A DNA stretch of 63,315 nt, filler included, from Pelomyxa schiedti (GCA_020536535.1; 10 parts of 10 records of this genome joined end to end with filler, not necessarily neighbours in it); one strand, 5' to 3'. Shown: positions 11,380-23,192, counted from the whole stretch's first letter. A program made the numbers and translations. Notes: generated from the sequence alone by a model not told the origin.

Positions 11380-12161
11380 AAAAAAAAAAATGTTATGCCC
11401 TTAAGTCCTTGGATAAAAAATCGTGCCACCTTTTTTTAAATCCACATTTTGAGAAGTGGGCGTTGTGGGTACACATGAGAGTGAAAGAGTAAGAAGGGAA
11501 ATTTGGGCCTGGTTGTGCACCCGTCACAGTAAAGTGTGGTAGTTGGAAAGCGGAAAAGTGGGGGAGAGTGGGTAAGGGAAGTTGGGGTTGGTCAGTCCGG
11601 TACCTACAACTGTTTAGCAATGACAAAAACTAGAAGGATGTACGTCAGTGGTTGTCATGTCAGCAGCGGCAGGAAGGTTGACCACCTAAGTGTAAAAAAA
11701 AAAAAAAGCATTCCAGTGTCCCAGTGCTGAAAGAACAGATGGAATTTACCTTGCCCGCTGGAATGATAGTTATCTACTGGGAAAAAGAAAACAAACAAAC
11801 AAGAGGCCACATACCAGTGGAAGAAGGCACGGAAATACATGCAAGGGGTGAGGCAATGCTGTAGGCCTAATACAAGTCGTAAAGGTGTAAAAAATTAATT
11901 TTAATTAAATTAATAATAAACAATTAAAAATTAAATTAATTTAATTTAATTTAATTTAATTTAATTGAAACAAACACGTCCAGAAATAAAACAATTAATA
12001 TTAGATGGAACGACGTGATGGAATAGACACACAAGGCGGGTACCGCTTGTTCCTCTTCACCCCAGGGCGGCATTGTATCCCTCGTAGCAGTGATTTTTTT
12101 GATGATAGTGGAGATAAACAAAGAGGCAAGTCACTGCACCGTCTCCACAACCCCAAACATG

Positions 12162-12296
12162 CCATTTATGTCAGTGCCGCGGCGAGACCCGATTCAACGA
12201 ACACACACGCCGCGCTGCCGCCGCGGCGCCGCGCCAACCGCCCCGCGGCACAAAACATCAACAAATCCCGGCAAAATCGGGCCGCTTCACCCTGCC
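12162..12296 (+). repeat. GC-rich dispersed element, copy 2 (right arm, runs off the contig end)
   Basis: Inverted near-identical match to copy 1. Confidence 0.9.
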
Positions 12297-12396
12297 NNNN
12301 NNNNNNNNNNNNNNNNNNNNNNNNNNNNNNNNNNNNNNNNTTAATTAATTAANNNNNNNNNNNNNNNNNNNNNNNNNNNNNNNNNNNNNNNNNNNN

Positions 12397-13014
12397 GTGA
12401 GAGCACTGAGAGCGATCCAGCAGTAGTGTTGCGAAAGCCAGAAACAAGAGTAGTGAAAGGTGAACAAGGCATCATTTCCAATCATATGTAACGCACACGC
12501 TCTCAACCCTGGCCAACGCCCAAGTCAGACCAATGTATGCTCCTTTCAATTGCACATACCGGAGAAAAGCCAAACACACAGCTCAACAGCCAATGGCACT
12601 TGAGAAGGCGCAACTGGATCATTGGCAACACCCAAGGAAATGGCAACCAATGGGCAGAAGCAGAAGCTGCTCCAGCAGAACCCAAGTAGAACTGCTGAAG
12701 TGGGATCATTGATTTCAAAACAAGAGAGCAACACCTAAAATCGGATTAGAAGAACACAACAGGATACAGTGTGATACTTGGCTGCAAGAAGCCAAAGCGA
12801 TAGTGCTGTAAAGCCACCAAGCTGGCTGAGAGTAGGTGGGGGAAAAACCCCCAATGGAACTGACAATAACAACAACAAAAAAAAAACCCTGAATGTGTGT
12901 GTGGAAAGGGAGTGTGAGAGGCAAACATAAAGAAAATTGCGAGTTGGGAAATATTCACCTTGTTGTCCACACCAAAAATGCCATGGGCTGGGAGTTTCCA
13001 AAAGGTGAAGAGGA
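12397..13014 (+). repeat. 2.6-kb dispersed repeat family, fragment A
   Basis: Matches about 16281-16818 and about 24270-24890. Bounded by gaps on both sides. Confidence 0.9.
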
Positions 13015-13912
13015 NNNNNNNNNNNNNNNNNNNNNNNNNNNNNNNNNNNNNNNNNNNNNNNNNNNNNNNNNNNNNNNNNNNNNNNNNNNNNNNNNNNNNN
13101 NNNNNNNNNNNNNNGTAGGACAAGGTGAAACGAGGAAAAGAAGAAACATACCAGTGGCCAAGCTGCTGGAAGTCAAAGGGCTCCAATGCCAGCACTCCCA
13201 TACAGGTTGCGGGAAAGGATCTAGAAGAGGAATACTGCTGGAATGGAGCTGAGCTGCACACACATTCTTCTGGGTGTGTGCTCGCTTCTGCCTTCAGGTC
13301 TCCCTGCTACTGTCTGCCTCTCAACTAACATCTAAAACACCACCTGGTTATCAAATGTGAGCAGTCAAAAAAGAAAAGCAGAGAAGATAAATGGAAACCT
13401 ACCAGAGCACCAGCACCCCTGCATCATTATCTTCAAGGACCTGTGTTGATGTGGGAATAAAAAACAAAACTAAACAAAAACGAAAACGAAATAAAACAAA
13501 CTTAAATAGCAGGAAAAAAAAATACTGACTGAGGTGTTTAAATTAAAGTAAATTACATTAATAAATAAATTAAGCATACCAATGGCGGAGCCCTTTCAGG
13601 AGGGGAAACTTGAAAACGGTGGTACGCTGCTGGGATTGAGAGGCCGAAACTGTGAAGTATGAGATGAAGAGCGAAAAGGCGTTAAGAAGGGATGTTGTAA
13701 ATTGTGCAAGAGGGAAACAAGTGGGAGTGCATACATCCTCAAGCACTTGAAACACCGGCATTGTAAACCATAGATTTTTTGTTGTTTTCCTTTTTCCTCC
13801 CCCAACGCCAACCGCAAACAAACGACCTCCCAAGTGTACGCGCTTTTTCACAATTTGGGGCTTTATGCCTGACGAAATGAAGGCCTCATTCTCATCACAT
13901 TTGCACACCGGT

Positions 13913-14010
13913 GTATGTCAAGGCCGCGCAACCGCGGCGAACCCGATTCAACAAACACACACGCCGCGCTGCCGCACCAACCGCGGCACAAAAAAATTCT
14001 GTCCTCATTT
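13913..14010 (+). repeat. GC-rich dispersed element, copy 3 (internally deleted)
   Basis: TATGTCAAGGCCGCGCA...ACCCGATTCAAC.AACACACACGCCGCGCTGCCGC...AAAAAATTCTGT..CTCATTTGA matches both ends of copy 1 but lacks its middle. Confidence 0.75.
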
Positions 14011-14395
14011 GACTTGCACCCCAGTGTACAAAAACATTGTACTCCTTTTTTTTCACTTTTTATGCCAATAAAGGCCAAGAGTCATTGAGACACTGATTGA
14101 ATGCCAAAGATGTGGTCTTACATCACATCAATGCAATGTTCGTTGCAACCTTTGTTGGGGGAGATCCCAGATGGTGTTAGGGCTTTCTCCCACAGAACCA
14201 ACTGTTTTTATGTGTAGAAGTACTTATGGGAAGGGTTGCCCTCTTTGAAACGCCGTTCTTTGCCACTGTGAATTGGCCTGGCAGAACTGCAGGACAATCC
14301 AACAAAGCTTCAAAGGCAAACTCTTCCAGCACTCAAGCAACCATTTCCAACACCGTTACCATGCATCAACAGGCTTAGTGTGGAAATGATAGGAA

Positions 14396-14482
14396 TGCAT
14401 ACAACGCTGCTTATACATTTCATTTGTATTTATTTATTGTTTTATTGGCTTATATTGGCGTTTTATTAACCAGTTATTGCTG
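14396..14482 (-). repeat. About 90-bp AATAAA-rich segment shared, inverted, with 25594-25688
   Basis: 36 consecutive identical bases (CAGCAATAACTGGTTAATAAAACGCCAATATAAGCC) followed by a further similar stretch. Confidence 0.85.
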
Positions 14483-14945
14483 TTGAGACTATTTCATGTT
14501 CAACCTGATACACATCTTTTTTCGCATTGGGAATTGCTGACCTCAATGGGTATTTTCTGAGGGGAATGGCATACTGAAGAGAAGTGCGCGATGAACAACC
14601 TGAGGAATCTGCTGCAACTCATACACCAAGTCTGCATTTTCTAGAGTACTGGTTTGGAAAAAAAAGAGTAACAGTACCAGCAATAACTCCACACTTCTCA
14701 CTCAAAGCAGCTCCATCACCACTCCCAGTGAGCTGTGTAATGTAAGGAATTATATTGCAGCAGTTACGAACCTGGAATAATCCTCCAATAAACCATTCCT
14801 TGGACTCCACACAGCATTAGAAAACAAAACGTTGCACCAGTATAAGTTTAGCCAGCTTTTGCGATACGAGAGCAAATTCGTTGTATACCTGGAGCTTAGT
14901 CTTATCTCTGTTGTGGTGTTGTTTTTGGAGTGCAGCTTTCAACAT
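14466..14945 (-). CDS. Possible small multi-exon hypothetical protein of about 100 aa
   Basis: Hand-built model with several 30-45 nt GT-AG introns. No recognisable domain. Confidence 0.25.
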
Positions 14946-15179
14946 TCAGTTCATTAAAGAATAATTGTGATCGCCTTGTCATCACATTAGATTAGATTGA
15001 AGTTTCAGACGGTGAACATGCCAGTTGTGGTCCATCATGTCTGGGTCCATATCTAGTGTAATAAGAAGTTAAGAACACAACACCGGTTTGTGTACATACT
15101 CGATCTGACAACGGCCTCTTCGGTACCTCTTCCAGAGGTGAGCATGCTCGCCGGGTACAGCAAAGGTGAATGTGATAAT

Positions 15180-17826
15180 GATGGGGGAGGAACTTGTCTG
15201 AGCCATGGCCGGTGTGGTCACGTCCACGTTGAGTGCAACTTCCATCGATACCCCGACCTCCTTTTACGCGCACCACCACGACACGACGACGGTCATTGGG
15301 CGACTGATGCCCACAAACACCCAAGATAACCTCACCTGGTGAGTGTTTGAGGCACTGGCCCGCATGTCATGTGGGGAAGGCTGTATCCGCGGCGGACCAA
15401 CCTCTTGGAAACATGGATGGCTCTCTTCTCCTCTGAGGAGGCAACCTGGCAGGCTGTCTCCAACGACGAGAAATTTGATATGGGATCCCCCCCAGGAAGG
15501 TGGAAAGCAAATGCCCTTGTGTGCAATCAGGGTTAAGAGTCCCCCATGCATTGAGAGCGAAGGAGTTACCTGCTTGGAGAGAGGCCACTGGCGAATAACA
15601 AGGATTGGCCTCAGGCCAAATAGAGACATGTTGAGTCAGCAGCCAGGGGGAACACCAAAATCTTGGCGATAGAGAAATTGGGGATAAACCAGCAGGAAGA
15701 ATGTGGAGATTGATGCAAGATTTGCTGGCAAGAAAGTCAAATTGTGCAGCACAATCCTGAGATGGAAACCTGATTGTGGAGCTGTCAGCCAAGCAGTACG
15801 CGGAGGCGACGTACAATTGCCGGAATGATATCTGATGTGGAATCTGTGCAGACCGAGATGTGCGGGGCGTGCCAATACTTGGAATCTCTGGTGTGGGCAA
15901 GCAGCAAGGATATGAAAGGCAACAATGAGGACTGCCTACGACTCCATCAATCAAAATAATGTGTGAGGGCAACAGTCACACCTTTCATGCACCAAGGCAG
16001 CTTCAGTCATTATCCACATCAGCATACATCGGCAAAAGGATAACAGTCTGGGAAGAGCACAAAGACCATCAATTGGCACCGCCGCATCAACATAAAGAGC
16101 AACCCGCCACCGCAATACATAATACCACTGGCAACATAACATATTTACACAAAGAGCCACAGAGCCGGAAACAAAAACCAGGCATTCAATCTTTTGCATC
16201 TGATTGCAATAAATAAATCCAAGGCAAGCTCTGAGGAAGTAAATATACCTGGCAGTTGCCAAGCACCTTCAGATCAGCAGTGAGAGCACTGAGAGTGATC
16301 CAGCAGTAGTGTTGCGAAAGCCAGAAACAAGAGTAGTGAAAGGTGAACAAGGCATCATTTCCAATCATATGTAACGCACACGCTCTCAACCCTGGCTGAC
16401 ACACAAGTCAGACCAATGTATGCTCCTTTCAATTGCCCATACCGGAGAAAAGCCAAACACACAGCTCAACAGCCAATGGCACTTGAGAAGCCGCAACTGA
16501 AGTGGGATCATTGATTTCAAAACAAGAGAGCAACACCTAAAATCGGATTAGAAGAACACAACAATATACAGTGGGGGATACTTGGCTGCAAGAAGCCAAA
16601 GCGATAGTGCTGTAAAGCCACCAAGCTGGCTGAGAGTAGGTGGGGGAAAAACCCCCAATGGAACTGACAATAACAACAAAAAAAAAACCCTGAATGTGTG
16701 TGTGTGGAAAGGGAGTGTGAGAGGCAAACATAAAGAAAATTGCGAGTTGGGAAATATTCACCTTGTTGTCCACACCAAAAATGCCATGGGCTGGGAGTTT
16801 CCAAAAGGTGAAGAGGAAGAGAGGGGGGGATGATGGCAAGTGGAAGGAACAGTGAACCACAAGTAGTACGCGCACGAAAGCGTCCCCTTCCTTATCCAAA
16901 TTTTTCGTTTTTGGCGGATCTCTGGCGGTTTCGGTAGCCCCCGCCACAAGCCGCTTCCCCCCACACTCTTTCCTTCCTTCCCCTTTTTCTGGTTCAGTGT
17001 CACCATACAACCTGGCCTTTTTTTTGTGGTTGGGAAGGTGAGTGAGTGGAGATCATCATCATCATCATCATACTTTGCGTTGCTGGTGGCCAAAGCCATG
17101 GCAAATGCGCAATGTGCACAGATATCAATAAGCAGAGTCTGATCAAGGTCACACAAAGTGGAAAAAAGAAAAGGAAAAATAACCCACGGGATCTTATTGC
17201 TGCTCCTCTTTGTATCCACTCCCCCTCTTTTCTTCCACTGAGTGCAATTTTTTTTGGATCTATGTGCGTTTAAATGCTTTATATTATAACGGAAGGCAAA
17301 GATCTTGGTGATGATTTCAGAAATGACCTGGAAGTGCTGAGGGCTCCTGATGTTGCTGACTCACAACCAAAACATCGCTGCTGACTCGCTCACAGCCTCA
17401 CCTTATCCCCGGTGATGCCACTGTATCCGATGTTGTTGTGTTGCAACAAACCTCGCTCTGTCGCTCCCAACGTTGCCTTTGCACTCTTTACGTTGTAAGT
17501 AGAGTGTGAATGCTGCTGGGCAGTATGGTGAAGGAACCAAGAGGCAGGATTGGAGTGTGAGATAGAGGGAGAGGTGTGGTCTGGTGTTTGCTCAATCCGG
17601 CAGTGATGGTACCTATTATTTGCTGAGTGGGTTGTAAAAGAGGATGAGAGAACAAGTCAAACACTAAATATGGTAAAAATTGGCAATTACAACAAAAACC
17701 AAAGCCAAGTGGCAAAGAAAAAGTTAAAAACACATGGACAACATGCAAAGCCGAAGAGGAAGGAATAGAGGGAAAAAAAAACAACAAACCCTTGTTTCTC
17801 CTGTCTATGTGTACCCCACCACATGC
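15180..17826 (+). repeat. 2.6-kb dispersed repeat family, copy B (longest)
   Basis: Collinear with 23193-25327. No transposase, RT or integrase motif recognised in any frame. Confidence 0.9.
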
Positions 17827-18368
17827 CGCCTTTTTTTTTTTGCATTTTGTGTCGAACGAAAACTTTTTTTCGGTATAAAATAATCAAAGGACACGCGCTA
17901 TTTTGTTTTTTTGAAGTCAAACACGACGCCAGAGGACAACCGAATTAATGGCGTGTCCCAGAGCAAAGAGTGCGCTCACCGTACTTAGTCGCAACGGTGG
18001 CTGAGCCACCTTGGGTTTTTCTCAACTTGAGGACTCCTCTGACTTGGAGTAGTAGTACGTAGCCGGCCCTGCATCGGTGTCGCTACGCTCCCCCCCGCAT
18101 CGGTGTCACTACGCTCCCTCCCCTCTGTATTTCCTTTTTCTTTCTTCCCTTTTTCTTTCTTTTTTACTCGCAGTAGCTTGGTTGAAATTGGACCAGCGGT
18201 CACCCTTTATGGCTGATCGCAGTGTGGTGCGCTTCCCTTTTCCCCCTTTTTACCTTTTTCCCCCTTTTNNNNNNNNNNNNNNNNNNNNNNNNNNNNNNNN
18301 NNNNNNNNNNNNNNNNNNNNNNNNNNNNNNNNNNNNNNNNNNNNNNNNNNNNNNNNNNNNNNNNNNNN

Positions 18369-19038
18369 AGCGTCCCCTTCCTTATCCAAATTTTTCGTTT
18401 TTGGCGGATCTCTGGCGGTTTCGGTAGCCCCCGCCACAAGCCGCTTCCCCCCACACTCTTTCCTTCCTTCCCCTTTTTCTGGTTCAGTGCCACCACACAA
18501 CCTGGCCTTTTTTTTGTGGTTGGGAAGGTGAGTGAGTGGAGATCATCATCATCATCATACTTTGCGTTGCTGGTGGCCAAAGCCATGGCAAATATGCAAT
18601 GTGCACAGATATCAATAAGCAGAGTCTGATCAAGGTCACACAAAGTGGAAAAAAGAAAAGGAAAAATAAGCCATGGGATTTTATTGCTGCTTCTCTCTGT
18701 ATCCTCTCCCCCTCTTTTCTTCCACTGAGTGCAATTTTTTTTGGATCTATGTGCGTTTAAATGCTTTATATTATAACGGAAGGCAAAGACCTTGGTGATG
18801 ATTTCAGAAATGACCTGGAAGTACTGAGGGCTCCTGATGTTGCTGACTCACAACCAAAACATCGCTGCTGACTCGCTCACAGCCTCACCTTATCCCCAGT
18901 GATGCCACTGTATCCGATGTTGTGTTGCACAAACCTCGCCAACCTCGCTCCCAACGTTGCCTTTGCACTCTTTACGTTGTAAGTAGAGCGGGAACGCTGC
19001 TGGGCAGTATGGCGAAGGAACCAAGAGGCAGGATTGGA
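18369..19038 (+). repeat. 2.6-kb dispersed repeat family, fragment C
   Basis: Matches about 16879-17548. Bounded by gaps on both sides. Confidence 0.9.
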
Positions 19039-19538
19039 NNNNNNNNNNNNNNNNNNNNNNNNNNNNNNNNNNNNNNNNNNNNTTAATTAATTAANNNNNN
19101 NNNNNNNNNNNNNNNNNNNNNNNNNNNNNNNNNNNNNNTTTTCTGTTGTGTTGGTGTTCTTTGATCAACCAGGTGGAAAAGGTATCGAAGCTTCGCCTGG
19201 AACGTTGGAAAACCCAAAACGGGTTAATAAAGGAAAAAGATATAGTGAGGGGGGTCCGGTTTTTCTTTTCCCTTTCCTGTGTGAGAACCTTCAACAGGGT
19301 GACACTGGCCGGTTGGGGTCGCTCCTCCCACAATAGGTGCATGTTCATGTACGAACAGGAACTTCCTGCAGGCTGCCCGCTCCTTTGTTTTGCTCTAAAA
19401 GTCCGTGCGAAATATCAAATAACAACAAGCAAGGAGGCGACGGTATCGGAGATCCGGGGTCGTACACAACAGACATACAAACAACAAACACAACAACATA
19501 AACAAGTACACACACACACACAAAGGAGGGGGAGGGAG

Positions 19539-20113
19539 ATGAACTTTGAGGAGCTAGCAAAGGCGTTCGTGCCGCACTTTGTTGGTCTTTTTGACAGCAA
19601 CAGAGCGGGGCTGAGTACATTGTTCACGGCGGAGAGCATGATGTCGCTCGAGGGCCAGCGCATCCAAGGCGTCCAACAAATCATGGCCAGCCTCTCCGGC
19701 CTCCCTGTGTGTTTTTTTTTTTTTTTTCTTACTTTTTCCACTGCGTATCTTGCTAATAAAATGTAAATAACATAGTGCGCCGAAAAATTCTTTTTCTAAA
19801 GAAAACGTCGTAACAGCGTGTATTTATATTTATTTATTTCGATCCATTTAACCTTATTTTTATTTTATTTTTGTAGCCAATAAAGCACAGCGTGCAAACA
19901 TTCGACTCGCAACCTTCTATGGGAAATGGTATGTATTGTTTGCGTACCTGTTTAGCCATGTCTAAATACGTCCAAGGTGTAATCATCTTTGTATCTGGTA
20001 ACATAAATGTCAATGGGGCTGATATGAAGTGCAGTGAAGTCTTCAATCTGATGCCCGGTGCCACTCAAGGATCCTTCTACATCCTCAACTATGTCTTCAG
20101 AACAAACCGCTAA
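19539..20113 (+). CDS. NTF2: Nuclear transport factor 2 family protein (3 exons)
   Basis: MNFEELAKAFVPHFVGLFDSNRAGL...SLEGQRIQG...LP|PIKHSVQTFDSQPS..|VIIFVSG...SEVFNL...SFYILNYVFR. First intron at 19707-19876, second intron GTATGT...CAAG. Confidence 0.88.
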
Positions 20114-20811
20114 TTCAGCCACAACCACAACTTCCCCACACAAACCAAAACAACCAAACAAATGAATTCCACACTCAAACTCTCAAGAAAATAGAACAGA
20201 ATTTATAATTCCCCACCAAGGAGATAACTTGTATTTTATTAATTTTCAAATTGTATTGCCGGGTCCTCGCTCATTTTAGCAGCCACCCTCTCGGGGTTAT
20301 AGAATCNNNNNNNNNNNNNNNNNNNNNNNNNNNNNNNNNNNNNNNNNNNNTTAATTAATTAANNNNNNNNNNNNNNNNNNNNNNNNNNNNNNNNNNNNNN
20401 NNNNNNAAACAATCACCAACACTCACCTGTGGTATCTACACCAAGAAACATGCCAGCACCACCCACGCTCCACTGTTGCCAGGGACAGTAACATGCCGCA
20501 CCACCTATTAGATGTCTAGTTCTTTTTCCAAATGCTATTTCCATTTCTATCTCTCCAGGTCGTCTTGGTGGCCACCATTACACGAAACGCCATAAATAAA
20601 TTAAATTTGCCGCCAAAAGTTTATAACATTGCCGCCAAAATACCCTCCAAAATAACCATAAAAAATCAAATGCAAGATCTGGTGCGGCAACCGGTGGTGG
20701 TACTACAAATCTTCATCCTGCGCGTACTGTATCAACATGTGTGCACTGTTGTGGCGCGGTAAATTGCGTCAGGTCTCATTGTGCTTGCTGGGGCTTATTG
20801 TGCTTGCTTCA

Positions 20812-20934
20812 GCTGGGGCAAGGGGTTCTTGTTCATAATTTCGAAATTTTCTGCTGGGGCAAGGGGTTCTTGTTCATGATTTCGAAATTTTCTGCTGGGG
20901 CAAGGGGTTCTTGTTCATAATTTCGAAATTTTCT
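20812..20934. repeat. 41-bp minisatellite, three tandem units plus a fourth at 21108-21148, with palindromic core AATTTCGAAATT
   Basis: Units start at 20812, 20853 and 20894. There are no spacers. Confidence 0.9.
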
Positions 20935-22381
20935 TTCTGTGCTTGCTGATCAGCTGGGGCAAGGGGAAATTCATCCCATCCATCATAATTTAATTCTCTC
21001 CCCAAACAGCTTTTTTCAAATTTCTGGCAAGGGGAAATTCATTCAGTATATTCTGGCAAAGGAATCAAACACTACAAACCTCTTTGTGGGGGGTGTTGCT
21101 TGCTTCAGCTGGGGCAAGGGGTTCTTGTTCATGATTTCGAAATTTTCTTTCTGTGCTTGCTTCTATTGCATGCTATGGAACCAACACTCTTGTCTGCTGA
21201 CAGCTGTGGCTATGGGGTCTTCTTGACCCTGCTGTTCAGGCTGAAGGTCAGCAGTGTAAAAAGCAACCATACACTGATGTTGTCTTCTTGCTTGTTTCTG
21301 AAGTCAGGGAGTGTTTACAAGCTTCTCCTGCTCCATGCTTTTCTATGCTGTCCTTTTGGAGCAGCGGAGCTTGATCGGATGAGTGTTGTTTCTGGTCTCA
21401 GTCCTGGGTATGACTCAGCAGAAGTTGTTTTCAAGCTTATCTGGGAGGTGATTCTTTCTTTGCCGAACTTCAAGTATTGTGACTGAGAGGTGTTGTTGCC
21501 CTCTTATAGCAGTGTTGTTGGATGTACCCTTCTGTTTCGCAATAAACTCCCTCACAAGGAGTCATCCAAGATTCTTGCTGTTTCGGTTTGTTTAGAACCA
21601 TCATCTAATGAGAGTGGGAATTCAGGAATTCAATAAGTGATGGTCTTGTCTGAGAAACCAAAGGTGTTTCACCTTCTGGACATCCAGGGTTTGCAACCTC
21701 TGTGTCAAATCGCTTCTTAAAAGAATCATGGCTGAAGTGGAGCTTGGGATGTGACCAACAATGTGCAGGAGTGTGTGAGCCAGTGAGCCATTTGGTGGTC
21801 TGTGCTCTTCAACGATTTTCTTGAACATCAGTTGAAGCTGTACCATCAGAAGGAGATGTGGGGAATTTGATTGTTGACTTCAAGGGATTTTGTCCTTGAA
21901 TGTCCCTGAAAGAAGAAATCGAAGTTACATATATGGCCGATTTGATCTATATAGGGTAGATAAAGTTTAAATACAATACGCACAAACAGTGGGACCTGAC
22001 ATTGTAGCATACCCAACAACTGAACAACACTGTTTAGTGTCCTCAATGTCTTCGACGTTGAGAACCCTGCAAAAAAGATTGCATTCCTTGGTTGATGTTT
22101 TGCGCGAGGCACTCCTTCACTTGCGTGTGAAAACGCTCCATGTCCGCGCTGTTGTTGTTGTTGTTACGATGCTGTTACGTCCGTATTCCAATCGAGTCGA
22201 TCACCCCGCAGAACCGAATTCAAAGAATAAGCGGTCTTTTTTTTGTGCAGCCCATGGCGTGTCAGCACTACCGACACTCATTTTTCGTAATTTGAGGGCA
22301 TGGAAACGCGGTACGGTGGTTGGCGGGCTTCAGGCTGCGATCCGATCTACGTTGGCGGTTTGCTGCCGCACTTCACCGCCA

Positions 22382-22782
22382 ATGACGTGGAACGATGTTT
22401 TCATACTGCCAGGTGACGCCGCCTCCACAGCATCACCATCAACACCATCAGCAGCCACAACCGCCGCCTTCGCATCGAAACCTGCCATTTCAGGACGGGC
22501 AGCGCTTCCAGAATGCCCAAGTACCCCCCCCAGCCTAATGCACGTCAAACCCAGTTCCAGCAGAGTGCAACCAAATCCCAACCGACCGACTTTGCAGCAG
22601 CAGTGGCGGCAGTGGCAGCAACAGTGGCAGCAGCAGTGGGAACAGTGGTACCCGAACCATTACACATCCCAGTCTGGTTCCTGTGCCTTCCAACAGCAGC
22701 CTCAGTCAACCGCATCGTATCCAGTGTCTCTGCTGCCCAGGAACACCTTGAACAGATGGTCCGAATACCAACAAGTTAGGGA
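22382..22782 (+). CDS. Hypothetical low-complexity protein with a Q/W tract, 3-prime truncated
   Basis: Open frame to the contig end, containing QQQWRQWQQQWQQQWEQW. Confidence 0.4.
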
Positions 22783-23192
22783 NNNNNNNNNNNNNNNNNN
22801 NNNNNNNNNNNNNNNNNNNNNNNNNNTTAATTAATTAANNNNNNNNNNNNNNNNNNNNNNNNNNNNNNNNNNNNNNNNNNNNAAGTGCATAAACAATGAA
22901 CTCAGTTAATTAATCCTGGGCGCGTTGTTCCCTTCCCAGTTGGCGCAGATCGACTTCTGTCTGACTTAGTGTTTTGGAGAGACTCCCCACTTTGGGTTTC
23001 CACTACCAATTTGGGCACGAATTCAGCTCTCCAATGTGCATACAAAATTGTGTTAAATCTCCCCGATCCATCCAAATTGGGGAACGTGGGCACACTTTGG
23101 ATTCAGGGTGTTGCAAACACGTTCTTTGCCACTGTGAATTTCTCGTTGGGTGCTACCGGACAATTTCACACATAGCTCAGCGTTAAGAGTCC

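Noticed and set aside
11353-11395. Helitron 3-prime terminus or intrinsic terminator
   Set aside because: No CTRR follows the hairpin on either strand, and no U-tract follows it.
15264-17273. The many short ORFs inside the 2.6-kb repeat copies as genes
   Set aside because: Frames are not preserved between copies because of indels and stops, and no domain was recognised.
20800-20813. U6 snRNA 5-prime end (GTGCTTGCTTC; similar GTGCTCGCTTC near 13277)
   Set aside because: The match stops after about 11-13 nt and there is no ACAGAGA box or other U6 core.
20812-21148. CRISPR array
   Set aside because: Units abut with no unique spacers, no cas genes are present, and the context is eukaryotic.
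21000-21950. Long minus-strand pseudogene frame
   Set aside because: About 10 stops in about 290 codons is close to random expectation, and no domain was recognised.
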